DNA of 64,000 nucleotides from assembly GCA_017504405.1 (NCBI GenBank), contig JAFVRG010000021.1, forward strand, positions 89,929 through 153,928, read 5' to 3'. The translations under genes and the position numbers were made by a program. Origin of the DNA: Clostridia bacterium (GTDB lineage Bacteria; Bacillota; Clostridia; Oscillospirales; CAG-272). The notes under the pieces are model-generated. The model searched no databases, was not told the origin of the DNA, and saw only the letters and a program-made list of their open reading frames with translations. Below are positions 48,182-56,825 of this stretch, piece by piece (the first letter of the stretch is position 1; every line of letters starts with the position of its first letter).

Positions 48182-49414
48182 TCACTTGATTATATACTGC
48201 TTGGGAACGCCGTTTTCATAGCTTGGATATGCCTCGCCCATTATAAGGGGACGAAGATATGAAATGCACTCATCGGTGACGTAATTTCCGTCTGCGTTTA
48301 TAAAGTTGTCAAAAACACTCTTTACCTTATTTGCAATTTCAGCAACGGGAGAGGATGAGACGAATGACTGATATTCCTCGGAGTCCTTTCTGAGTATCGT
48401 CATCATGTGTCCTGAAATTCCGTCTATTGCCTTCTCTACCGCAGTTTTTCCTACCTCTACCGATTCGTCAAGGTCGGTTTTCGACGCTATGTGCGAGGCA
48501 CAACGCTGGGATATATTGAGCTCTACCGAGCGCACCTTACAGCCTATTTCCTGCTTGAGTGCATTCTCAAGTATCTTTCCTGCTCCAGAGAGCTGATTGT
48601 GTCCGAAAACGTCCTTGGTAGCCGAGGCGCCGACGTACGTGCCGTCAGCAAAACGTATTCCCTCGGAAATTGCAATAACTACGTTGGGGTGTCTGTCAAG
48701 AGCTGCTCTGACGTCTGCAAAAAAGCTATTCATATCAAAGCTCTGCTCGGGAAGATAAATGTAATCGGGCGCACCCCCTGCGAATTTTGCGAGCGAGGAT
48801 GCGGCGGTAAGCCAGCCTGCATCTCTGCCCATTATCTCAACAACAGTAACAGCGGGCACCGTGTAAACTGCGCAGTCACGTACAATTTCAGCAACCGTGG
48901 TTGCGATATACTTTGCCGCAGAGCCATAGCCCGGGGTATGGTCGGTTACGTCGAGGTCGTTATCAATCGTTTTCGGAACGCCGATTATTCTCATTTCATA
49001 GCTGTTTTTCTCCATATACGCGCCGAGCTTCGCCACAGTATCCATAGAATCGTTGCCGCCGATATAGAAGAAATAGCGTATATCGTTTTTCTTGAAAATC
49101 TCAAGCAGGCGCTCATAGATAGCATCGTTCTCGCCCGCCTTCGGCAGTTTTTTTCTGCAAGAGCCGAGAGCCGCCGCTGGGGTGTGAATGAGGGTATCTA
49201 TATCCGCATCGTCCTCAAACTCCTCGGAAAGGTTTACAAGACGCTCGTCAAGAAGCCCCTCAACGCCGTTTCTCATACCGAAAAGGTTGTTGATTATGCC
49301 CTTTTTCTTAGCCTCCTTAGCTCCTATTATAACGCCTGCAAGAGTTGCGTTTATAGCCGCAGTAGGACCTCCTGACTGACCCACAACTGCGTTTCCGTAA
49401 AGTATTTTTTCCAT
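48182..49414 (-). CDS. 6-phosphofructokinase family enzyme, probably PPi-dependent type
   Basis: VGQSGGPTAAINA, PKTIDNDL, MGRDAGW. The motif is GGNDS where ATP-PFKs have GGDGS, which is why I lean towards PPi-dependent. The start is set to the second ATG, which has an AAGGTGAGG RBS. Confidence 0.8.
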   Translation of the reverse strand: MEKILYGNAVVGQSGGPTAAINATLAGVIIGAKEAKKKGIINNLFGMRNGVEGLLDERLVNLSEEFEDDADIDTLIHTPAAALGSCRKKLPKAGENDAIYERLLEIFKKNDIRYFFYIGGNDSMDTVAKLGAYMEKNSYEMRIIGVPKTIDNDLDVTDHTPGYGSAAKYIATTVAEIVRDCAVYTVPAVTVVEIMGRDAGWLTAASSLAKFAGGAPDYIYLPEQSFDMNSFFADVRAALDRHPNVVIAISEGIRFADGTYVGASATKDVFGHNQLSGAGKILENALKQEIGCKVRSVELNISQRCASHIASKTDLDESVEVGKTAVEKAIDGISGHMMTILRKDSEEYQSFVSSSPVAEIANKVKSVFDNFINADGNYVTDECISYLRPLIMGEAYPSYENGVPKQYIIK

Positions 49415-49431
49415 ATATGACCTCACCTTGT

Positions 49432-50316
49432 TTATTTCATAAGATTTTTCTCGTCAAAAACGTATGCCGTATTGCAAAAACGGCATACAGCCTCAAGCTC
49501 CCTGGGCTTTCCCTCTGCCTCTTGCTCGTCAAGCAGCTTCCCCACTTCCTTTTTTCCGAGGCGTATTATACCGTCACGCATTCTCTTGCGTGAACAGGTG
49601 CACTTATACTCAACCTCTATCTCGTCAAAGGGGTCGTACGCTATATCCTTAAAGGCGATATCGGCAACCTCAAGGTTTGACAGTCCCTTATCAAACACAG
49701 ATGAAATGTTCGACAGTGAGGTAAGATTATTCTCTATTTTGGCGATTGTTTCCTCAGCGGCAAAGGGCAAAAGCTGAATGAGAACTCCGCCTGCGCTCCT
49801 GCATGAGCCGTCACCCGAAACGAGGACGCCAAGGGCGCACACGGTGGGAATCTGCTCGCTCTGCGCAAAATACGCAGCTATATCCTCGGCAATTTCTCCG
49901 CTGACAATTTCAACGGTGCCGTTCTGCGAGACCTCCATTCCCTCTATATCCTTCATAACGTAGAGAGAGCCGTAACCGACTGCCGCCGCCACGTTGAGAT
50001 GACCGTCGGCACGGCGTGCGGGATCTGCGCTCGGATGCTCGATATAGCCCCTTACGTTTCCGTAATAGTCGGATACAGCAAGGATGTGACCTGCCTCACC
50101 GTTTCCTCGCAGAGAAACCGTGACGCTGTCGTTCTTGCCGCCCAGCATACTGCCTATCATTGAGGTAGCTGTCAGGAGCCTGCCGAGCGCCGCAGTTGCT
50201 GTGGGCGCAGTTTTATGGTATTTTATTGCTTGATTTACAATTTCGGTTGAATTTATTACAGTTATACGGGCAGAGCCGTCACGGCTCATGCCACGCAGAA
50301 TTGAAGATGCTTTCAT
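49432..50316 (-). CDS. hslO: Hsp33 family redox-regulated chaperone
   Basis: 294 aa with the C-terminal zinc centre CTCSRKR...CRFC. Confidence 0.9.
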   Translation of the reverse strand: MKASSILRGMSRDGSARITVINSTEIVNQAIKYHKTAPTATAALGRLLTATSMIGSMLGGKNDSVTVSLRGNGEAGHILAVSDYYGNVRGYIEHPSADPARRADGHLNVAAAVGYGSLYVMKDIEGMEVSQNGTVEIVSGEIAEDIAAYFAQSEQIPTVCALGVLVSGDGSCRSAGGVLIQLLPFAAEETIAKIENNLTSLSNISSVFDKGLSNLEVADIAFKDIAYDPFDEIEVEYKCTCSRKRMRDGIIRLGKKEVGKLLDEQEAEGKPRELEAVCRFCNTAYVFDEKNLMK

Positions 50317-50333
50317 TTTTACTCTCTTTTTGA

Positions 50334-51086
50334 TTATTTTTTCGCACGGGCCACAAAATGGAGTCGCTCGCTCGTAGCCGTCGGCTCGCAGAAGTCATCT
50401 CCGTACACAGCTATAAGCTCTAACGAATTTTCCTTCAAGAGCCTTTTTATCTGCTCTGCTGTGTACATTTTCTCGCTCTGCTCAGAGTCGGTGCGTCTGT
50501 AGCTTCCGTCCGCATTTTTCTCGAACAGGGATATGTAAAAATCGCAAAATCCGTCGCAATAATCGTTTTGCCATACGCAGAGCGAGCCTTCGTCCTCAAA
50601 TACGTAATCGTTCTGTCCGTAAACGTTTTCAAACTTATATTCCGAGTTTATATCGAATATAAAAATTCCGTCGGGAACGAGATAATTGTGAACGAGCGAA
50701 AAGCAACGTGACACCTCTTTTTCGGTGAGCAGGTGGTTTATTGCGTCAAGACAGCAAACCGTTGCCTCAACGGTTCCGTAAAGCTCAAATTCCGTCATAT
50801 CCTGGCAAAGCCAGAGTATGCCGTCAGTGCCTGCCTCTTCTGCCCTCCCACGGGCAACGGTGAGCATTTCCGAAGAAATATCCACGCCTATCATATCATA
50901 GCCACGTTTTGCAAGCTCTATTGTCATTTTTCCCGTACCGCAAGCCAAATCGAGAATATACTCCGCCCTGCAGCCGAGATTTTCGTTTATACTTTTCTCA
51001 ATAAAATCCGCCCACGCCGAATAGTCAAGCTCTCCGTTAAAGCTATCGTACACGGGGGCAAGCGATGCGTAAATTCCCTCACTCAT
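50334..51086 (-). CDS. class I SAM-dependent methyltransferase
   Basis: Motif I ILDLACGTGKMT, and motif post-I DISSEML. Confidence 0.8.
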   Translation of the reverse strand: MSEGIYASLAPVYDSFNGELDYSAWADFIEKSINENLGCRAEYILDLACGTGKMTIELAKRGYDMIGVDISSEMLTVARGRAEEAGTDGILWLCQDMTEFELYGTVEATVCCLDAINHLLTEKEVSRCFSLVHNYLVPDGIFIFDINSEYKFENVYGQNDYVFEDEGSLCVWQNDYCDGFCDFYISLFEKNADGSYRRTDSEQSEKMYTAEQIKRLLKENSLELIAVYGDDFCEPTATSERLHFVARAKK

Positions 51087-51366
51087 CGGATTTTGTCACC
51101 CTCGGTATTACAAAGGCATAGCCTGAGCCCTGCTTTAATGCACGGCTGACACGGCTGATGGTTGTGGTCGAAAGTCCTGTTGCCGTGGTTACGGAGAGAT
51201 ACGGCTCACCCGAATACAGCATCTTTGCCGCTATAACCCTGCGTGACATTTCCTTGATTTCTGCGTTTGTGCAGAGGTCAAGAAGCACACTTTTACACTC
51301 TTCCTTATCCTTAATTGCAAGGATAACGTCGGAGAGAATTTCAAGCTCTTTATCCATCTTAGACAT
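51079..51366 (-). CDS. YerC/YecD family TrpR-related protein
   Basis: 95 aa. ...LLDLCTNAEIKEMSRRVIAAKML...TGLSTTTISRVSRAL matches the TrpR-like HTH pattern. Confidence 0.8.
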   Translation of the reverse strand: MSKMDKELEILSDVILAIKDKEECKSVLLDLCTNAEIKEMSRRVIAAKMLYSGEPYLSVTTATGLSTTTISRVSRALKQGSGYAFVIPRVTKSDE

Positions 51367-51368
51367 AT

Positions 51369-52280
51369 TTACACACTTTCCGCAAAGAACGCTATATCGC
51401 CAAGCTTCTCTGCAACGCTTATTGCTTTATTTTTGTCGGCAAAAATTCCGTAAACGCTCGGTCCGCTGCCACTCATGAGCGCCGCCATAGCACCCTCCGT
51501 GAGCAAAATCTCCTTCAAGCGCCTTGCCTGCGGACACTCGTCGAGGACGACGGACTCAAAGATATTATAGAGTCCTGCCGATATATCGAACAAATCTCCA
51601 CGCTTGAGCGCATGCGATAAGATTCCGTGCTTCATCTCTGCCTCAATGTTCATAAAACCGTCAAAATCGCCGTAAAGGGTATCCAGCATTTTATACATGG
51701 CGGGTGTTGAAACACTCTCCTCGCTCTTGGCAATCACGAAATAAAGCGGTTTTTCGAGTGCCACGTCGGTGAGTATCTCACCCTTGCCCTCACAAAGCTT
51801 TGTACCGCCAAAAAGACAGTATGGAACGTCAGCGCCGATGCCCGCCGCAACCATAGAAAGCTCTGCCGCCGAGAGATTGTTTGCCATTATTACGTTAAGC
51901 ATACGCAAAACAGACGCCGCATCCGTGCTTCCGCCGCCAAGTCCTGCCTCGGTAGGTATTCTCTTTGTAAGTTCTATTTTGACGTCAAGGCTTATGCCTG
52001 ACCACTCCATATACGCCGTTGCCGCCCTGCAAGCGAGGTTTGTGTGGTCGTCGGGAATGCTTGCGTTCCCCTCAACGGTTATCGAAACAGTCGCCTTTTT
52101 TGACATTTTAGCGCAAAGCTTTAAATCATCACACAAGCTGACCGAGTGCATATACGAGCGTATGTCGTGATAGCCGTCATTTCGTTTAGCAACTACGTCG
52201 AGGAAAAGATTGATTTTAGCATACGCCTTATCCCTTATCTCAACGGTATTGCCCGAAATCAGCTCCTTAAAATAATTCAT
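51369..52280 (-). CDS. ispE: 4-(cytidine 5'-diphospho)-2-C-methyl-D-erythritol kinase
   Basis: AYAKINLFLDV, and the GHMP kinase motif PTEAGLGGGSTDAA. The start is placed at M13 of the track ORF (MNYFKEL...), and coordinates are taken from the ORF-track frame. Confidence 0.85.
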   Translation of the reverse strand: MNYFKELISGNTVEIRDKAYAKINLFLDVVAKRNDGYHDIRSYMHSVSLCDDLKLCAKMSKKATVSITVEGNASIPDDHTNLACRAATAYMEWSGISLDVKIELTKRIPTEAGLGGGSTDAASVLRMLNVIMANNLSAAELSMVAAGIGADVPYCLFGGTKLCEGKGEILTDVALEKPLYFVIAKSEESVSTPAMYKMLDTLYGDFDGFMNIEAEMKHGILSHALKRGDLFDISAGLYNIFESVVLDECPQARRLKEILLTEGAMAALMSGSGPSVYGIFADKNKAISVAEKLGDIAFFAESV

Positions 52281-52399
52281 AAAAGCCTCCAAGAGGAATT
52301 TGCCGTATAGGTACAAGCAATATTATACAGCATAACGGTCAAAAATGCAAACGTTTTTTTAATTTTCACCCTATTATATATAAATTTTTATGTTTTCTA

Positions 52400-52428
52400 T
52401 TGCAATAAACAAAAAAGGGTGGTATAAT
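52400..52428 (+). promoter_or_regulatory. sigma-A-type promoter
   Basis: TTGCAA (52400-52405), 17-nt spacer, TATAAT (52423-52428), upstream of the first AI-2E gene. Confidence 0.5.
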
Positions 52429-52457
52429 GTTTGTTACCAAACGACAAGGAGGATGTT

Positions 52458-53687
52458 ATGCGTAAGCCGAAAATAGATGCCGGATATTTTACAATCTGCG
52501 TATACGTGTTCATAGTTGCGGCAATAACCACGCTCGCAATAATTTTCAGCTTTAAATTTTCCGAGATAACCTCGGTTGTCGGCGCATTTTTTGCAACTAT
52601 AAAATCACTTCTATACGGTTTATGCTTTGCGTTCTTTATAAACTACGCTCTCAAATTTGCAGAAAAAAGAATATTTTTCAAGGTAAAGAATCATACCGCA
52701 CGCAGATTTTACTCTCTTTTGGTAGCTTACCTGTTCTTTGCGGCGCTCCTGACAGCGTTTCTTTTGCTGATTATTCCTGAAATCATTGACAGCTACGAGA
52801 GTTTGGTTGCACAGATAACCAACCTGTCAAGAAGCCTTCTTGAAAAGCTCAGAGGTACTCCCTTAGAAAACATCGAGGGTATGCTGGCTACAGACGGAAT
52901 GTCCTCGATAGTATCGGGATTTATTGGAAACATAGTAGGTATTCTCGGTAACGTCCTGCTCGAAATCGGAAATATAGTTATCGGTCTTGTGCTATCGTTC
53001 TACATTCTCTTTAAGAAGGAATCGGTTGCCAATATAACCTCCAACATTTTCCGACTCATATTACCCGACGTTGCGTTCGGCAAGCTCTCACGGTTTGTTA
53101 TAACGCTCAAGGAGGTTTTCGGAAAATATTTCCTTGGAACACTCGTTGCTTCGTTTTTCGTCGGAGTTGAGACCCTCATCTCCTGCTTTATTGCGGGCAT
53201 CGACTATGCAGTTTTGGTTGCGGTTATCGTTGCGTTTACCAACGTTATCCCCTATTTCGGCCCGTTCATCGGAGCGATACCGAGCTGTATCATAATATTT
53301 GCTGACCAGGGACTGATAAAGGCACTGCTCTTTGTCATTATAATCCTCGCAATTCAGCAGATAGACGGTAACTTTATTACACCGAAAATCATAGGAAACT
53401 CGGTAGGACTCGGCTCTGTTTGGATAATAATTGCCGTAACGGTATTCAACTCCATTTTCGGAATAGTCGGTATGCTGATAGGCGTTCCGCTCTTCACGGT
53501 TATTTACAACACTATAAAGGAGCTCGTCAACCGACGCCTGAAGAAAAAGGGTCTCACAACAGACCGACGGGTCTATGAAAAGCTGTTCTCATCATCCTCC
53601 TCAGCTTATGCTGAGCTGGTGGAAACGGAAGAATATCAGAACGTAGCGGAAGGAGGAAATGCAGATGAAGCTGTTCAAGCCGAATGA
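52458..53687 (+). CDS. AI-2E family (PerM/UPF0118) transporter
   Basis: Polytopic membrane protein with the family-typical ...NVIPYFGPFIGAIP... segment. The ATG at 52458 is preceded by AAGGAGGA. Confidence 0.85.
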   Translation: MRKPKIDAGYFTICVYVFIVAAITTLAIIFSFKFSEITSVVGAFFATIKSLLYGLCFAFFINYALKFAEKRIFFKVKNHTARRFYSLLVAYLFFAALLTAFLLLIIPEIIDSYESLVAQITNLSRSLLEKLRGTPLENIEGMLATDGMSSIVSGFIGNIVGILGNVLLEIGNIVIGLVLSFYILFKKESVANITSNIFRLILPDVAFGKLSRFVITLKEVFGKYFLGTLVASFFVGVETLISCFIAGIDYAVLVAVIVAFTNVIPYFGPFIGAIPSCIIIFADQGLIKALLFVIIILAIQQIDGNFITPKIIGNSVGLGSVWIIIAVTVFNSIFGIVGMLIGVPLFTVIYNTIKELVNRRLKKKGLTTDRRVYEKLFSSSSSAYAELVETEEYQNVAEGGNADEAVQAE

Positions 53688-54864
53688 TAAGTACACTAAA
53701 ATTGCACTCTACGCTCTGGCAACGATTGCGTGCATAATTCTGTTCGTAATTGTCTGTATTTATTCTCCGCAGATATTCAGTGCAATTTTCGGCTTTCTCG
53801 CTGACATCAAGTCGCTGTTTTACGGAATACTGTTTGCGCTGGTTCTCTTCCCCCTCAAGCGGTCGTACGAGAGGACTCTGAATGCATTTTTCTTTAAGCG
53901 AAAGTCACGTCCGCGTTTGGTTGAAGCACTCTCTATCATCGGTGCGTATCTCACGGTTGCACTTATAATATTCGTGTTGATTTTTGCGATTGCACCTACT
54001 ATAGCAAATGAGTTCATATCATTTAAAACCGAGATGTCGCCCAAATTTATGGCGCTGTGGGATAAAATCAGCCAGTTCGGTCAGGCAAATACTATAATTA
54101 ACACCATATACACAAAGGCTGTTGAGCTGTTAAATCTGACAAATCTGCTCTCTCTGATTGACCCGGCAACCGTGTTGGATGTAGTGATGACAATTGTCGG
54201 AGAATTTTATAATATTGTTATAGGCTTGGTCTTTTCGGTTTACCTCATTATTTCGAGAAAGCAGTTCGGAAATATATTCGGAAAAATCCTCATGGCTGTA
54301 TTCCCGAAGAAGGCTACACGGCAGATTACCATGTTCTTCAACCGCCTGTACACCAACCTCTCCGAATACCTCTCAATCAGAATGATAAGCTCGCTCTACA
54401 TCGCCTGCCTTTGCTATGCGATATGCTGGATAACGAGAGTTCCGTTCTATCCGCTCATCACTCTGCTCGTTTTTGTAGGAAATCTGATTCCCGTATTCGG
54501 CCCGTTCTTCGTTACGGCTGCGGTTTCTATCATAATGCTTATCTATAAGCCGTTTGCGGCTCCGATAGTGCTCGGAATACTGATAGGCATACAGATACTC
54601 GATTCACTCTTTATCGAAAACACAATGCTAAATAAGCGTCTGCGTCCTAATATGGGTGTTACAATACTTCTCGTTATTTTGGGCTTTATGACGTTTGGAT
54701 TCATCGGCGCGCTAATCTGTATCCCCGTATACTCAACGCTCTACGTGGAATTCAAGACGAGAGTAAACAAGGCTCTTGAAAAGCGTATAAAGAATAAAAA
54801 TCCCGAGAACGCCGAGCAAATAACCGAACAAGATACGGAAAAAACAACTGAAACCGAAAATTAA
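53659..54864 (+). CDS. AI-2E family transporter, second tandem paralog
   Basis: Same architecture (…GNLIPVFGPFFVTAAV…). Its start overlaps the upstream paralog by 29 nt, and GGAAGGAGGA lies upstream. Confidence 0.8.
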   Translation: MQMKLFKPNDKYTKIALYALATIACIILFVIVCIYSPQIFSAIFGFLADIKSLFYGILFALVLFPLKRSYERTLNAFFFKRKSRPRLVEALSIIGAYLTVALIIFVLIFAIAPTIANEFISFKTEMSPKFMALWDKISQFGQANTIINTIYTKAVELLNLTNLLSLIDPATVLDVVMTIVGEFYNIVIGLVFSVYLIISRKQFGNIFGKILMAVFPKKATRQITMFFNRLYTNLSEYLSIRMISSLYIACLCYAICWITRVPFYPLITLLVFVGNLIPVFGPFFVTAAVSIIMLIYKPFAAPIVLGILIGIQILDSLFIENTMLNKRLRPNMGVTILLVILGFMTFGFIGALICIPVYSTLYVEFKTRVNKALEKRIKNKNPENAEQITEQDTEKTTETEN

Positions 54865-54877
54865 TTTAAAATATATA

Positions 54878-54906
54878 TTGACATATATGTAATTATGTGC
54901 TAAAAT
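54878..54906 (+). promoter_or_regulatory. sigma-A-type promoter of rpsF-ssb-rpsR
   Basis: TTGACA (54878-54883), 17-nt spacer, TGcTAAAAT extended -10 (54898-54906). Confidence 0.6.
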
Positions 54907-54985
54907 ATCAAATTGGTGCGGACTTTTTTGTCCGTCTCCTTGCCACGTATAACGTGGCCAAATGACCATAAGGAGGTATATAAAG

Positions 54986-55330
54986 ATGGAAGAGAAGCTT
55001 TGTTCTTACGAAACACTCTTTGTTGTTGATCCCCGTCTTTCCGAGGAAGACACTAAGGCTGTTATCGAAAAGTTCACTGCCATCATTGCAGCTGACGGCA
55101 CCGTAGAGGCTGTTAAGGAGTGGGGAAAGCGCAGACTCGCTTATCCTATCAACGACCTTACAGAGGGCTACTACGTTCTCGTTAACTTCAATGCTAAGGC
55201 TTCTTTGCCCCTCGAGCTCGAGCGTGTGTTCGGTATCACCGATTCTATTCTTCGCTCTATCGTAGTTCGTGCTGAGGCAAAGAAAACGGCTCCTGCTGTT
55301 GACACCGTCGTTGACGCAGACGCTGAATAA
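54986..55330 (+). CDS. rpsF: 30S ribosomal protein S6
   Basis: ...YETLFVVDPRLSEED...EWGKRRLAYPI...GYYVLVNF. The start is at the ATG with a strong AAGGAGG RBS (M9 of the track ORF). Confidence 0.9.
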   Translation: MEEKLCSYETLFVVDPRLSEEDTKAVIEKFTAIIAADGTVEAVKEWGKRRLAYPINDLTEGYYVLVNFNAKASLPLELERVFGITDSILRSIVVRAEAKKTAPAVDTVVDADAE

Positions 55331-55349
55331 TTTACAGGAGATTTGAAAA

Positions 55350-55811
55350 ATGGCGAATTTTAATAAGGTAATTCTTATGGGTAGACTGACAGCAGACCCC
55401 GAGCTCAAGCAGACGCCCTCAGGCGTTTCCGTTTGCTCATTCTCTCTTGCGGTTAACCGCAGGTTCGGTCGTTCTGATCAGGGACAGCCCTCGGTAGATT
55501 TCATCAACATTGTCGCATGGCGTCAGCTCGCTGATTTCACTGCTAACTACTTCAGGAAGGGTAGACCTATGCTCGTTTGCGGACAGCTCCAGACAAGAAG
55601 CTGGACCGACAACAACGGACAGAAGCGCACTACCACTGAGGTTGTTGCCGACGAAATAGAATTTGTTGAGTCGAAAAATGAATCCGCAGCTAACACGTCC
55701 GCAAGTGGCGGTGCTCAGTACACACCCGATGCCTATGCGCCGTCTTTCAACAACACGTCAAACAACAGCACCTTTGAGACTGTTGACGATGACGAGGGAC
55801 TTCCCTTCTGA
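55350..55811 (+). CDS. ssb: single-stranded DNA-binding protein
   Basis: MANFNKVILMGRLTADPELKQTPSGVSVCSFSLAVNR... OB fold and the acidic tail DDDEGLPF. Confidence 0.95.
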   Translation: MANFNKVILMGRLTADPELKQTPSGVSVCSFSLAVNRRFGRSDQGQPSVDFINIVAWRQLADFTANYFRKGRPMLVCGQLQTRSWTDNNGQKRTTTEVVADEIEFVESKNESAANTSASGGAQYTPDAYAPSFNNTSNNSTFETVDDDEGLPF

Positions 55812-55864
55812 GAGGTCCAAAAAATTATTGACTCGAACGAGTCGGAAAGGTTTAGGATTCTGTG

Positions 55865-56113
55865 ATGGATAGAAATGAAACACAGCGTTCCTTCCGTAAT
55901 ATGCATAGAAAGAAGAAGGTTTGCGCCTTCTGTGCCGATAAGGTAGAAGCAATCGATTATAAGGATGTTGCAAAGCTCCGTAAGTTCATTACCGAGCGTG
56001 CAAAGATTCTTCCCAGACGTGTTTCCGGCACCTGCGCTAAGCATCAGCGTGAGCTCAATACCGCTATTAAGCGTGCTCGCATCGTTGCTCTTCTTCCCTA
56101 TGTAGGTAACTGA
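55865..56113 (+). CDS. rpsR: 30S ribosomal protein S18
   Basis: ...[49 protein letters not shown]... Confidence 0.95.
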   Translation: MDRNETQRSFRNMHRKKKVCAFCADKVEAIDYKDVAKLRKFITERAKILPRRVSGTCAKHQRELNTAIKRARIVALLPYVGN

Positions 56114-56127
56114 GAAGGACAGCATAA

Positions 56128-56190
56128 AGGGGCTGCCGTATTTCGGCATAACCGTAAACAAAAAGAGGGTTCTTATTAAAGAGCCCTCTT
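56128..56190 (+). repeat. 3'-flank module 1, copy 2
   Basis: GGGGCTGCCGTATTTCGGCATAACCGTAAACAAAAAGAGGGTTCTT-atta-AAGAGCCCTCTT, 15 nt after the rpsR stop. Confidence 0.75.
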
Positions 56191-56215
56191 CTCTTGTTTT
56201 AATTGTAGCTAATTA

Positions 56216-56362
56216 ATAATAAGGATGAAATTCTCACGAATTTCTTTGATTTTTTCGGTCTTTTTGTTTACTACCGCCGTTTTGAGGCTCTACCGTACCG
56301 AGTACGCCGACGTTCCTCAAATCGGCGATTTCTGCTCAAAATCCGTTTGCCCCGGCTCTCTT
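56216..56362. repeat. intergenic module 2, copy 2
   Basis: Gap-free alignment to 47885-48031 (see copy 1). Confidence 0.8.
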
Positions 56363-56413
56363 TCCATTAAGAATTCGGTGAGAAACGGCATTTATAAAAC
56401 AAAAAAGCCCTGA
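56225..56413 (+). CDS. candidate small hydrophobic ORF inside module 2 (62 aa); coding status unproven
   Basis: MKFSRISLIFSVFLFTTAVLRLYRTEYADVPQIGDFCSKSVCPG... It is in the ORF track. The first 46 codons are homologous to the ORF in copy 1, and the tails diverge. Confidence 0.25.
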   Translation: MKFSRISLIFSVFLFTTAVLRLYRTEYADVPQIGDFCSKSVCPGSLSIKNSVRNGIYKTKKP

Positions 56414-56430
56414 ACGGGGCTTTTTGTTTT
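56396..56430. terminator. bidirectional terminator (serves the zinc-ribbon gene on the minus strand)
   Basis: AAAAAAGCCC-tgaac-GGGGCTTTTTGTTTTTT. Confidence 0.65.
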
Positions 56431-56439
56431 TTCATGCAA

Positions 56440-56721
56440 TTACTGATTGTTTGCCTTGATAGCTGCGAAACATTCGCTGCAGTAAACAGCCTTACCTTCA
56501 GTGGGATTGAAGGGAACCTTGCATTCCTTGCCACACTGAGCACAGACAGCGTCAAACATCTCTCTCTGAGCCTTAGCAGCATTCTTACGTGCGTTACGGC
56601 ATTCCTTGCATCTCTGGGGCTCATTCTGGAAGCCCTTCTCTGCGTAGAATTCCTGCTCGCCTGCGGTGAATACAAACTCATTACCGCAATCCTTGCACGT
56701 CAATGTCTTGTCCTGAAACAT
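56440..56721 (-). CDS. zinc-ribbon domain protein (repeated CxxC pairs)
   Basis: 93 aa. CKDCGNEF...CKECR and CAQCGKEC...CSECF form two CxxC...CxxC ribbons. This resembles the zf-trcl-type proteins common in anaerobes. Confidence 0.75.
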   Translation of the reverse strand: MFQDKTLTCKDCGNEFVFTAGEQEFYAEKGFQNEPQRCKECRNARKNAAKAQREMFDAVCAQCGKECKVPFNPTEGKAVYCSECFAAIKANNQ

Positions 56722-56825
56722 CTCTACCTTACCTCTCTTAAAAGCCTTATAATATTGCCCGTAGACGGATTTAAACCGCCACCTTTGAAACCAACGCTCT
56801 CACTTAAGCTATCAGGGCATATAAA

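Noticed and set aside
47872-48189. 105-aa ORF spanning repeat copy 1
   Set aside because: It is in a different frame from the ORF shared by both repeat copies. It has no counterpart in copy 2, crosses the pfk terminator region, has no RBS, and has an Arg/Ser-rich low-complexity translation.
52255-52320. Apparent one-nucleotide frame inconsistency when hand-translating the ispE 5' end against the ORF-track coordinates
   Set aside because: My manual reading around 52260-52261 gave an extra C relative to the track translation (…KELISGNT…). Flanking ORF coordinates check out, so I attribute this to my own reading error and used the ORF-track frame. Worth a quick machine check, but it is not evidence of a frameshift.
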